In this document: positions 51,951 to 64,000 of the stretch, piece by piece
Numbering within the stretch: position 1 is the first letter of the stretch
Layout: each line of letters begins with the position of its first letter
Assembly: GCF_006345805.1 (NCBI RefSeq)
Contig: NC_042998.1
Span: 91,078,001 to 91,142,000 of the forward strand
From: Octopus sinensis
Lineage: Eukaryota
Direction: 5' to 3'
DNA: 64,000 bases
Program-made: the position numbers and the translations under genes
Notes under the pieces: generated by a model
The model's database searches: none
The model's input: the letters and a program-made list of their open reading frames with translations, nothing else
Told to the model about the DNA's origin: nothing

Positions 51951-54900
51951 CCGAAAGTTTCGTTCATTGGCACTTATATATATATATACACACTTTAATT
52001 GTAACGGATATTTGTACATATAAAATAATTATTTTGTATATATAGCCATAGCGATTTATTAGGTATTGGAAGAGTAATTTTTCTTTTGTCTTGGTACAAA
52101 GCGGACTCCCTATTTAAAAAATGGTGCTTATTTTTGTTAATTCTAGATATATCGGTGTGGCGTTGATACGATGTTCACTATCGTTGTAAACATGTATTGA
52201 TGGGAAAATATATTGAACAATATAACTCGAGATAATTGGATGGTTAAATTGATAACTGACATGGAGTATTGATTTTCTTTTATTTTTAATATTTTTTAAT
52301 GTCTTCATTAATTTTTTTAAATCTTCAGATGAAGAGACAATGAAATGCAATTTACTTGCTTTTTCCATTTGAATCTAAACCCCTTAAAGTCATGATCGCG
52401 TTAAATCTTAAAATAAATATTGAAAAAACAAACAAACAAAACTAATAATTTATTTTGATTAGTCACAAGACTAATTTTGTAGGTAGGGAAATTGATTGGT
52501 TTGTCTAAGATGAAAATGTACTCAGGTATTTTTGCATGAGATGACTATACCCCACCATCTTCCTGAACACGCTAGATTGTACCCTACCTAAAATCTTTCA
52601 CAGTACCAAATAAGTAAGTTTTGAGCTTACAGCTCTATCTGTCGCTGTTTCCTCTACCGCTACTTCTATTCAAGTCAGTGAATCCGTCTCTTCTCCCCCG
52701 CATTTTGCACACTTTATTGTGTCATTCCAGGCAACATTCAAAACAATTTTTCCTCAACTGCGTTTTAGGTGTACACACTTTCAGCTCGTTTTTCTTCTCC
52801 AGCTACAATTAACCTACAAGAATAACATCCTTCTCGTATCATCTTTTAATCTCCTGTGTAGGAAGAGATGCTGGAAATCATGGGCAATACAGGGATTTAT
52901 GTCCTGATTTTGTATGTAAAATATACTTAGTCTTATAGAGGTTGATTTGAGTTCACATACGTGAACTTGGAGCTAAACAACAACCTGTCACCCTTGGTAT
53001 TTAATTTTATAGTGTGAACTGGATGTATTTTATTGTGCTACTGGCAATAGAGAGCTTGTCCCACATGAAGGGGATTGATGTCTTCTTTCTTCCCTGAATT
53101 TGTTCTTATCTGGAATAACTGATTTCTTAGGTAGGCAGGTTTTCTACAAGATGTCCTTCCTATCACTAACCACTTTATAACATGTACTAGGTGTACAGAG
53201 CTTATCATGCCACCAGCAGCAAAGAGGTTTCTTTACACAAGAACTAAAGGATTCCCTCTAATTTGTACTGTTTTTAGTTGGGTATTGCTCTCATAGGTGT
53301 GTAGCCTTGCAATGTAGCTTCTGGAGTCCATGTCTTGAATTATTAATGAATAGTGTATTTTAGTTTTGGCTATCCCTTCCACCCTACCTTATCTCTGTTC
53401 ATTCTTCTCTTAAAATAATGAACCTGTTGAAACATTGGAGTGGTTGAAATTGAGATAATAGAGGAATCAGATGTAGCATGCAAGAGAGAAGACTACATTG
53501 CTTTGGACATGTGATGCATATGAATGAGGACAGCTGCATAAAGAAGGTGCCAATCACTGAAAGTGGACAGTGCCCATGGAAGTGGGAAACCCAGGAATAC
53601 ATGGGATGAAGTGGTAAGGACCGATCACGGAAAGTTGGGTCTCACAGAGGAAATAACAATGGACCGAGATGTTTAGCAATATGAAGTTCTTGAGATGACC
53701 CGCCCACGTCAGCGAAACTGAGTTCTAGAAGTGCTGTGTGTCCCACCGACACTTAAGAAAACTTCTCACACACTCTACTACAACAAACCAAACTACGTCT
53801 CTATATCTCTTCCTCACATTTCCACTTCATGTTCTATGCTTACCTCCCACTCCCCAATCCTGTCCTCTTGACTCTGTGCCACTGTATCATTGCTCTCTGC
53901 TTGCTTCTGACCTGTGTGTTCTATCCACATGCCCTGTCTCACTGTATTATTACTATCTTATTTCTTTATTGCCCACAAGGAGCTAAACATAGAGGAGACA
54001 AACAAGGACAGACAAAGAGATTAAGTCGATTATATAGACCCCAGTGTCTAACTGGTACTTAATTTATTGACCCCGAAAGGATGAAAGACACAGTTGACCT
54101 CGGCAGAATTTGAACTCAGAACGTAACAGCAGATGAAATACCGCTAAGCATTTTGCCCAGCATGCTAACGTTTCTGCTAGCTCGCCGCCTTTTTATTATT
54201 GCTATCTGCTAGCCCCCAACCTGTGTGTTCCAGCCACATGTAACAAGAAAACTTTTCCCTCACCCTACCCCAACAAACCAATCTACATCTCCACATCTCT
54301 TTCTCACATTTCATACACTATAGCTAGCTCTCCCTCCCCAATCCTATCCTCATGGCCCTGTTCATTTGTATCATTGCTATCCAGTAGCCCTCCACACACA
54401 CACTCTATATATACCCAGGTTTTTCGTCACTTGTACTCTTTAATCACACTTTCTTCACAATATCCTGCCACTTATATTATGGTGTTGGAACTGCAAAGGT
54501 TTGCTCTGGCACTTGCCACCATCTATATCTCTCTCTTCCTTTATTCAACTATCCTATTTATATTATGATCCCTGTTCCTTGTGAGTATGTCTGGCATTTT
54601 GCCACCATCTCTATTTTACTGTCTCTTACTCTCTCTCTTCTCCTGCACTTCCCTCAGTTTGGGTAACCATATATTTCCTTTGCAGTTGTGCACTTGTTTC
54701 TGTCTTCATTCCTGATCTCTCTCTCTCTCTTTTTCTCCGGACAGGTAACCTTGTACTATCGCTACTACAAGACAAACTGTATCTGTCTCACTATAATCTT
54801 TCATCATCCAACAAAGATCGCCTCCTCCACTCTTCAAAATTTTTGTTTCATACTTGGTGACCCTGTCAATGCAGGTGCTACTTAAAAGCACCCAGTCCAC

Positions 54901-55179
54901 ACTGTAAAGTGAGTGAAGGACATCTGGCTGTAAACCTTGCCAAAACTGACCTCACTTGTGCTTGTGCCACGTAAAAAGCACTAAATCCACTCTGCTGAGT
55001 GGTTGGTGTTAGGAAGAGCATCCAGCTGTAAAAATCCTGCCAAAACAGTCACAGAAGTCTTGTGTAGGCTTCTGCATGGCCGGCTCTTGTGAACTGTCCC
55101 ACCCATGTTAGCATGGAAGGTGGACATTAAACGGTGATGATGATGATAATAGCAGAGCTGTGACTTCTCAGTACAGAGA

Positions 55180-56030
55180 AGCAGTATCTTGATCTGGAGA
55201 GACTCCCTGAGATCCTTCAGAGGACCCCATTTCAGCTGCAAGCATTTGCAATTGTACTCTTTCAGTCATTACCCAACATTCATGACCATGAGTGAAGATA
55301 AGCACAGAAACCAAACTGAAGATGCAGTTTTGGCTTTTTTATCAACCTTTCATTTTCTGAAGATCAAATGCTGGAGCTTGTGCATTACTGTGCTTGCATC
55401 TGCAATCCTAGCATCTATTTCAACCTCTTGCCTTCTGTCATTTGTGAATATGGCCCTGAGATACTTCTTCACTTGTCTTAGTGGTGTTCCACTAGCATAC
55501 AGAGTGCACAGGAAAGATTTTCTTGACAGAATCAATTCCTCAGTCTTTGCATTGCTAATTTTCATCTCTGCCTTGCAGCAATCGACAGCAAATCAATTCA
55601 GTGCATGTTGGAGATCACCTAATGAGGTGACAATACACACCCCTGCCAACACACATGTTGAAAAGTTTTAGCTTAGCACCATTTACCTGAACATAGACAT
55701 CAAGGCATTTGTAAAGGAACACCATGGCAACTAGAAACTGCATGTTAATCCCAAACTCCTGCAAAGCCCTCTGCAGTATGTCGCAGGGCATGTAGTACTA
55801 CACCTTGTCGAGATTTACAAACCAAGTGCACATCTCTTAGCAATATTCCCACAGTTTCTTGATGACCTGCTTTAAAGTGAACATTTGGTCAGTTGTGCTG
55901 CTTCCAAGATAGAAAGCACTCTTTTCTTCATGTAGCTTGGGTTTGACTGTTACCTACATCTCTTTCCCAGGCATCTAGAATAGACTTTACCAGGAAGTTC
56001 AACAAAGAGATTCCTCTATAATTAGAGCAC
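55180..56030 (-). mobile_element. Decayed RTE-clade (Rex3/Expander-like) reverse transcriptase fragment
   Basis: NYRGISLLN.PGKV near 56020; MKISNAKTEELILSRK...IFTNDRRQEVEIDARIADASTVMHKL. Confidence 0.65.
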
Positions 56031-59000
56031 TCTCTCTTGTCTTTTATATTTTACTTGTTTCAGTCCTTAGATTGTGGCTATACTGGAGCACCACCTTGAA
56101 GAATTTTTAGTCATATGAATTGACCCCAGTACTTATTTCTTTTAAGCCTTGTACTTATTCTATCTACTAAATTACAGGGATGTAAACACACCAACAGCAG
56201 TTGTCAAGTGGTGCTGGGGGACAAACACAAAAACTCACACATAAATATATATACAACTGGCTTCTTTCAGTTTTGGTTTACCAAATCCACTCACAAGACT
56301 TTGGTTGGCCTGGGGCTATAGTAGAAGACACTTCTCCAGAGTACCATGCTGTGGGAATGAACCCAGATCCATGTAGTTAGGAAGCAAGCTTCTTACCACA
56401 AAGCCACACCTGTGTCTCTCTCACGTTTTTAAAATTATCAGTTTGGATTGCCATTGCTTTGGTGCCTTTCTAAGGGTTCAAGTGACCTGGCATATACAAG
56501 CCAATCAGAATACCTTCTCTGACTTTGGGACTTTTAGTATCTCAGGCTGAATTTCATTCTTCCCCAGTAGTCTTGTCACATTTGAGTACTTTAACCATCT
56601 CTGACTTTAACTTCTGTGTGGTTAGTCTTTGCCTCTAGATGCATCTCATGTCCTCCAAGAGATTTTATTGCAACTGAATTTAAGAGATCAGCAAGTGTTT
56701 TTCCCACCTCCCAAGGAAACTCTTCTCTGTAGAGAGAACACTAGTCAAATTCTTAATGACAAGTCAGCATATGATCTAACAAAATACTTTGTTGATCAAT
56801 TTATAGTTAGAGTTCAGCTTAATACCAAGGTCTTCCCATGAGAAGGAGGCAAAATCTTTTCTTGTTTGAAGCACTCATGCAGCAGTTCCACATAAAAGCA
56901 CCCAGCACACTCTGTAAAGTGTTTGGTGTTAGAAAGGGTGTCCAGCCATAGAAACCATGCCAAATCAGACTAGAGCCTGGTGCAGCTCTCCAGCTTGCCT
57001 GCTCAGGTCAAACCATTCAACCCATGCCAGCATATACAGACAGACACACACACATGTATGTACATATATACACTGGTATAGCTGTGCTCAAGTCAAACTG
57101 TCCAACCAATGCCAGCATATACAGACAGATGGACAGACACAAACACACACACACAAACATGTACATACATATACACTGTATAGCTGCCCATCATGTGACT
57201 TTGGTTCAGTTCTACTGTACAACACCTTGGTCAGGTGTTTTCTGTTTTAACCCAAGCTTGGACCAAAGCCTTGTAAGTGAATTTGGAAGACAGAAAATGA
57301 AAGAAGCCTGTTGTGTTTGTATTTATTTATGGTCTACAAAATTTATGAGCTACAAGCACTGTTGCTATTGTTAATTCTGTCAAAAAATAATCTATTTGTT
57401 TCTTGCCTTTGAAGTTGTTTAAAAAAAAGAGATCCCTTACCTGAAAATCACGTAAGCATTTGTGACAGGAAGAACATTTGGCTGCAAAACAAAAGCTCAA
57501 TAATATATTTGACCAATCTGTGCTAACATGGAAATCAGGCCATAAAATTATTAAAATGAAAGGATTACATGTGTGTGTGTGGATGGGTATGTATATGACA
57601 GTATATGGCTTAGTAGTCAGGGTACTTGGCTCACAATCATAAGGTTGTGAGCTGGATTCCTGCCATCATATTGTGTCCTTGGGCAAGACACTTTATTTCA
57701 TATTGCTCCCATCCACTCAAGTGACAAAAATGAGTAATTCAAAGGACCAGCCTTGTCACTTTCTGTATCATGCTGAATCTCTCTTGAGAACTATGTTAAG
57801 TGTATGCATTTCTGTGTAATGCTCAGCCACTCACACATTTCCTGAGCAGGTTATTCCATTGACTGAATCATCTGGAACACTCATCATCGTAAACGACTGA
57901 GGGCCAGGCCATGCATGCACATGCACACACACAAATATAAGAGAAAATATACTAAAACTAAATCAAAAATAAAATGTCTGTTATATTTATTATTCAACAG
58001 CCTCCTACTTCAACACTATATCATTTATATGGTAGTGAACAAACACTTAAGGTAATTATTATATGTGGATCCTCTGGATATAATTGCATCATCTCCATAT
58101 ATCTGCATCCTCTCTAGATTCAGTTATTCAGTTGATTCAGATGGTTTTGTTATTGCCTCTGCACCACCAGTAAAAATAAGAAGTCTCTTCTTTGTTATCT
58201 TTATTCTATAGTACCCACAGTTCTGATCTTCAGGTTTTCTTGCAGAGTATTTATTGTGAAGGTTATCTCAAATATACTTTCCAAGTTCCATGTTATTTCA
58301 TTGAGTGTTCAATCTCCCAGGCCCTGCACTAATCACTACATTCATGTAATTCCATCAGGTGTTGACTCAAAGCTTCAAAAGGAACATTTAATAACATCAA
58401 TCTTATTGGTCCAGGAGGGAATGCAAAGGTAATAGGTATAGCCCTTTTCTCCAGGTCCAGCAAGTAAAAAAATAAAAGGTCTATTATTTTTCGTGAACAC
58501 TGGTTCTTAACAGTGTTTGCTTAAATGGCTCCTTTTGATCTTATAAAATGACCAACACTCCTTCCTTCCTGTATTTATATTATCCTTTATCTTGTTTTAG
58601 TCATTAGAATGTGGTCGTTTTGGGGCAATGCCTTGATAAATTTTTAGTCAAATGACTTGAACCTCCAGTACTTTTTTTTAAGCCTGGTGTTTATTTTATT
58701 GGTCTTTATGCCAGTCTGCTAAGTTACAGAGATGTGAATACACCAGGGCTAATTGTCAAGCAATGGAAAGGGGAGGCAAACACAGACATAAAGATGCGCA
58801 CATACACACACAGATAAAATAGATAGATAACAAACTTCTTTCAGTTTCTGTCTACCAAATCCACTCACAAGGCTTTGGTTGGCCTGAGGCTATAGTAGAA
58901 GGCACATGCTCAAGATGCCATGCAGTGGTACTGAACCCAGATCCATGTGGTTGGGAAGCAAACTTCTTACCACACAGCCACTCTTGTGCAATATACATGT

Positions 59001-59784
59001 AATGCTTCTAGTAATTTCAGTTTTTACCACACATATAATTTTCTGTTACAACCTAACAAAGTTGTAACAGTACCCTTTGAGAAACACATTTTTTAAGAAA
59101 GATTTTACATTCCTGTGGTTGGTTGTGTAATATTAGCTTCAGTAACCTCATTACTCTGAGATATTAAAGATCCCAGAAAACAAGATATCTTTTAGTGGCA
59201 ATTATTCTGTAAACTTCTGTTACCTAGGTCAGTCATCAAGTGAATAATTGGGATTTGTGTCAGAAATTATGAAACTTATGATTATTAAATATAAGTATTA
59301 AATTCAAAGGGGGTAGAGGAAAATGTTAAAAAAATACAAGTTACTGGAGGCTGTAATCAGGCTGACCTCTTTGTTACATGAAAATCCCTATATTTACCAC
59401 TTGTCAAGGAGAAACTCGTCAGCTTCATCTGCCTTATTAACAATTTTAATCCTTCAGATATTATTTGGCATATTTTTATCATTGTCACTTAGCTATACAT
59501 CACTGTTACCATTGACAGCAACCTTTTATCCAAAGTGGTATTTTTTATTGAGTCGATGAGGTTGATATGACTGGTATTTAAGTTTTGTTCATGTAGTTCA
59601 TACCTGTAAAGATAGTGTGAGCTGAGAGTGAATTGTAGCAAGGAATAAAGAGGTGTTTTTTGTTGCAAGGGCATGGGACGAGTAAGGACGACAACAGGAG
59701 ATGATGGGGGATCAGGTAGTCTTGGGTGAAGGTAGACACAATTTGTATATTCACAGGATCAAAAGTCATTATAGTAGCAGTAGA

Positions 59785-59820
<36 letters not shown>

Positions 59821-61294
59821 CAATTAAGGACAACTACTTAATAAGGAAAACTTAACAAGAAATATGTATATATATATATCTTCTGGCTTCACAGACCCCA
59901 GTAGAACCGTCCAACCCATGCTAGCATGGAAAACGGACGCTAAACGATGATGATGATGATGATGATATATATATATTAGAACTAGTGGTTGTATTGAGTG
60001 AATCTGCTAATCAGCTGGATAGCTTTTTTTTAATGAAGTTTATGTGCATGTAACATGAGTTCAGGTCATGACATGTGAGCTATATTCAGTGTATATGCTC
60101 AAGTTTGACAAACATGCAAAGAACCCATAATTTATATAAGGAGAAGATAGTTGATTATATCAACTTATTTTATCACAAGCAAACACTGTAACCTATTGTA
60201 TATATTGAATAAATAGGCTGTTATTTCAATGACCATGTTAACAAACATCTCTGTATGTTGAATGGTCATTCATCATTCATCATCATCATTTAATGTCCAC
60301 TTCCCATGCTTACATTGGTCAAATGGAATTTGATGAGACATATTTTCTATGACTGGATCCCCTCTCTATCAGCAATCCCCACCTGTCTCAAACAAGGTAA
60401 TATTATATTTAACAGAAGACTGTAAACAAACAACCCCGTTTGTACAACAGTGATGCTCATTTATAACCATCGTGTGATATCTAGATACATAGATGCATAT
60501 GTACATCATAATGAACACTTAACATCCATTGGATAGTTAACTGATGGTTGGCCAATAATTCATTATACTTGTTCCAGATTAAGAGTTTCTTAATTTATCA
60601 GATAATTGGAATTGCAAATTACCCAATAACAGTATCCAATTTTGTATAATTCTACAATAATGGATTTTTTCATTGTCTGCTCTGTGTGATTCTTTTAGTC
60701 AATCAGTGGCATTCTACACTTTGATGTGCCTCAATTCTTAATGAATCCTTTTAACTGATATATCATTCAACTACAGTAGTAGTTGAATAATATTATTAAG
60801 GCTGCAATTTATCCACAGTCAGTATCTTTCAGAGCTTGTCGCTAATTCAGTTCTTAACCAAATTGTGAACATTTTTGAAGAGGACTGGTCCCTAGCTACA
60901 TTTTGGCATTAAAAAAAAATCGAGATTTGATCCAGTAGAAAAAAGTTTACATCAAAATTTGTAGCAACGTTATAGGAGATTAAGTAATACCACTGATCAG
61001 GTTTGGATCTAAATAACTGTTTTTTTTTATTTTAAAAGCAAAACATATTTATCTTAGCTTCAATGAAGAATTTCATAGTTTTGTTCCCATGCAACAAAAA
61101 TTTGTATCAAAAATGTTATGAGGTAAAATATCATGAAAAAAAAATTGTATTTAAGTATAATTAACTTTTTTATTTTAAAAACAAACTTTATTTTAATTAA
61201 TCTTAAATGATAGAGCTCAATTCAAGGAATTTCATGGTATCAGTTTCATGTAATGAAGTTTAAAAAGAAAAAGTTATGAGTGTTTGTTCCTCAA

Positions 61295-62760
61295 ACTTGA
61301 GGGTAGCCTTTGACAGGGTCCCCCGATCCCTTTTCTGGTGGTTAGTGTGGAAACTAGGGATAGATGAGTGATTAGTGAGAGCTGTACAAGCCATATACAG
61401 GAATGCTGTCAGTAAGGTGAGGGTTGGCACCAAGTATAGTGAAGAATTCTGGGTAGGAGTAGGGGTCCACCAAGGATCAGTCCTCAGCCCCCTCTTATTG
61501 ATCATAGTCCTTCAGGCAGTAACAGAGGAATTCAAGACAGGGTGCCCCTGGGAGCTTCTCTATGCTGATGACCTTGCTCTAATAGCTGAATCACTATCAG
61601 AACTAGAGAAGTTTCAGGTGTGGAAGAAAGGTCTAGAGTCAAAGGGCCTTAGAATCAATCTAGCAAAAATCAAAGTCTTAATAAGTAGGGAGGCAGACAA
61701 ATTACAAATCCCTTCAGGTAGATGACCCTGCTCAATCTGTAGAAAAGGCGTATGTAGAAACTCCATAAGATGTACCTGGTGTAAGCTATGGAAACATAAG
61801 AGGTGCAGCAATATCAAAGGAAGGCTAACTGGGAAGATACTTTTTGTGTGTGGCAAATGCTCAGGTGCAATAAACAATGAAAATGTGCAGAAAGCAGCTT
61901 CCATCACATGCCAGGGGGAAAAACTAAAAGTAGTTGATAGCTTCCATTACCTAGGTGACCAAGTCAGTAGTGGGGGTAAATGCTCTGAGAGTGTAGCTGC
62001 TAGAATAAGAATAGCATGGGCAAAGTTCAGAGTGCTCTTACCTCTGCTGGTGACAAAGGGCCTCTCACTCAGAGTAAAAGGTAGACTGTATGACATGTGT
62101 GCAAACAGCCATGCTACATGGCAGTGAAACATTGGCCATGACCGCTGAGGACATGCATAAGCTTGAAAGAAATGAAGCTAATATACTCTGCTTGATGTGT
62201 AATGACAGAGTATAAGTGCCCTGATAGAAAAGTTGGACATAAGAAGCATCAGATGTGGTGCGCAAGAGAGACAACTGCACTGTATGGTTATGTGTTGCAT
62301 ATGGATGTGGACAGCTGTGTGAAAAAATGTCACACCCTAGCAGTAGAGGGAACCTGTGGAAACCTGGGATGAGGTGGTGAATCACAACCTTTGAATGCTG
62401 GGCTTCATGGAGGCGATGACGAGTGATTAAAACCTTTGGAGATATGCTATGCATGAGAAGACCTGGCAAGGCAAGTGAGACTGTAATTGTGGCCTATGCC
62501 AGTGCAGCATAACCAGCCCGTTTGAGAGTACCCTTCAATCATTGGGCAATAAACTGTGCTTGTGAAGACCTGTTGAGTCAAGTGAAGTCATTGTCATGGT
62601 TGTTGCCAGTGCTGCCTGACTGGCTCCCATGCTGATGGCATGTAAAAAGCACCATTCAAGCATGGCCCTCATGCTGGTGGCACATAAAAAGTACCCACTA
62701 TACTCTTGGAGTGGTTGGCATTAGGAAGGGCATCCAGCTGTAGAAACTTTGCCAGTTCAA
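61295..62760 (+). mobile_element. 5'-truncated RTE LINE: frameshifted RT plus 3' UTR
   Basis: AFDRVPR...GVGVHQGSVLSPLL...LLYADDLALIAES...VDSFHYLGD. Confidence 0.92.
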
Positions 62761-62974
62761 CTGTCCAACCTGTGCAAGAGAAATAGTATTCTTAAGATTA
62801 TAAACCTGGAAAAATTACAGGACAAGTTATTACACTTGGAAAAGCTCAGGACAACTTATTACATCTGATAAAGTACAGAACAAGAAAATTTCTACTTAAA
62901 ATATTGCAGCTAAGGATAAAATTTGAATATTAAAACTTATTTGATTTTAATTTACACAGTAACATTTTAGTTAA

Positions 62975-63290
62975 AAAATATAACATTCATATAGTTTGGG
63001 AGTGGGACCAGTGAAACTTGAAAATATTTGGGTCTCAATGTAGCCAACGAACAGGTTTGCATAGTTGAGGTCCATTCTCGTTCCCATGGCCACTTCTGAG
63101 AGGTGCTGGTAAAAATCAACCATGAACGAGAGGTAGTTGAGTGAGAGGACAAGTTCAGCCAGACAAACGAGTGTGGATGTGTCAGGTTGGGGGTTGGGTC
63201 AAAGGTCAAGGAAATGATGGAGTGCATGCAGCCCCACATGATGAGGGATCACCGTGTAAAGGCTCTGGATGTTGAGAGTGAAGAGAAGTT
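62975..63290 (-). mobile_element. Penelope-like element reverse transcriptase fragment
   Basis: Frame not in ORF track: TLVCLAELVLSLNYLSFMVDFYQHLSEVAMGTRMDLNYANLFVGYIETQIFSSFTGPTPKLY, matching the Penelope RT pattern LVL..N.F.F....Y.Q..GVAMG..M.P.YANLF. Confidence 0.8.
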
Positions 63291-63334
63291 TAGAGGGGCC
63301 AGGAGGGAAACGTATATATATATATATGTGTGTG

Positions 63335-63575
63335 TGTGTGGAGGTGCAATGGCCCAGTGGTTAGGGCAGCGGACTTGTGGTTTCGATTCCCAGACTGGGC
63401 ATTGTGAGTGTTTATTGAGCAAAAACACCTAAAGCTCCACGAGGCTCTGGCAGGGAGTGGTGGCGATCCCTGCTGTACTCTTTCTTCTGTTAGCGGCATC
63501 ATTTGAAGGCTAAAACAATGCGAAGCGCATTGTGACCAGCGATGTCTAGCAACATCTAATAGCCTGGTCAGTCAC
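63335..63575 (+). mobile_element. tRNA-derived SINE (third type)
   Basis: GGAGGTGCAATGGCCCAGTGGTTAGGGCAGCGGAC...GGTTTCGATTCCC A/B-box-like head. Confidence 0.65.
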
Positions 63576-63629
63576 ATGATCACGTGATATATATATATAT
63601 ATATATATACATATACATAATATATACAT

Positions 63630-64000
63630 ATCACAGAGAGGGTCATAGCCCATCTCATTAGGGAGAGAGTTTGCTTAGATGAGATGCAGTTCGGTTTTGT
63701 GCCGGGTAGAAGCACCACTGATGCCATATTCCTGGTTCGACAACTGCAGGAGAAATACATAGCTTTCGTGGACTTGGAGAAAGCCTTTGACAGGGTCCCC
63801 CGATCCCTTATCTGGTGGGTGATGCGGAAACTGGAAATTGATGAATGGCTAATAAGGGCTGTACAGGCCCTATACAGAGGCTGTCAGCAAGGTTAGGATT
63901 AGCAATGAGTATAGTGAAAAATTTCCTGGTAGGAAGTAGGGGTCCACCAAGGTTCAGCCCTCAGTCCCCTTTTATTCATCATAGTCCTCCAGGCAATAAC
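63630..64000 (+). mobile_element. RTE LINE RT fragment running off the window
   Basis: MQFGFVPGRSTTDAIFLVRQLQEKY...AFVDLEKAFDRVPRSLIWW; same family as 61295-62760. Confidence 0.9.

Noticed and set aside
52862-52911. Possible exon 2 of the divergent gene (GRDAGNHGQYRDLCPDF)
   Set aside because: Appears to lie in an antisense LINE-like fragment, and the peptide matches nothing I recognise.
59323-59823. Overlapping short ORFs as exons of a gene
   Set aside because: All frames close quickly; no consistent splice phases or recognisable domain.

Overview
AT-rich, repeat-dense animal genomic DNA. The SINE/RTE repeat set and microsatellite load look like an octopus (coleoid cephalopod); this assignment is an inference. 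Two protein-coding genes could be rebuilt by hand and face each other tail-to-tail. (1) A + strand alpha-tubulin (probable ATG 5046-5048, exons 5365-5584 and 15362-16491; 450 aa) has a rewritten luminal K40 loop, SDKKSRRDD instead of SDKTIGGGDD. (2) A - strand, nine-exon F-box/WD40 gene of the FBXW4 type (50840 to 29314; 431 aa). A probable divergent first exon of a third gene lies at 51390-51417. The rest is transposon-derived: two gypsy-type solo LTRs with 4-bp target-site duplications (TSDs), a Helitron, a decayed Tigger, a near full-length mariner, three TA-flanked MITEs, a Merlin-like remnant, RTE/CR1/HERO/Penelope fragments and many SINEs. The most striking structure is a cluster of three fold-back palindromes inside FBXW4 introns (35180-40357). 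Two of them carry mirrored type I hammerhead ribozyme motifs from two different families. CpG content switches sharply across the window, consistent with mosaic gene-body methylation. Most short ORFs in the supplied track are microsatellite or repeat artefacts.
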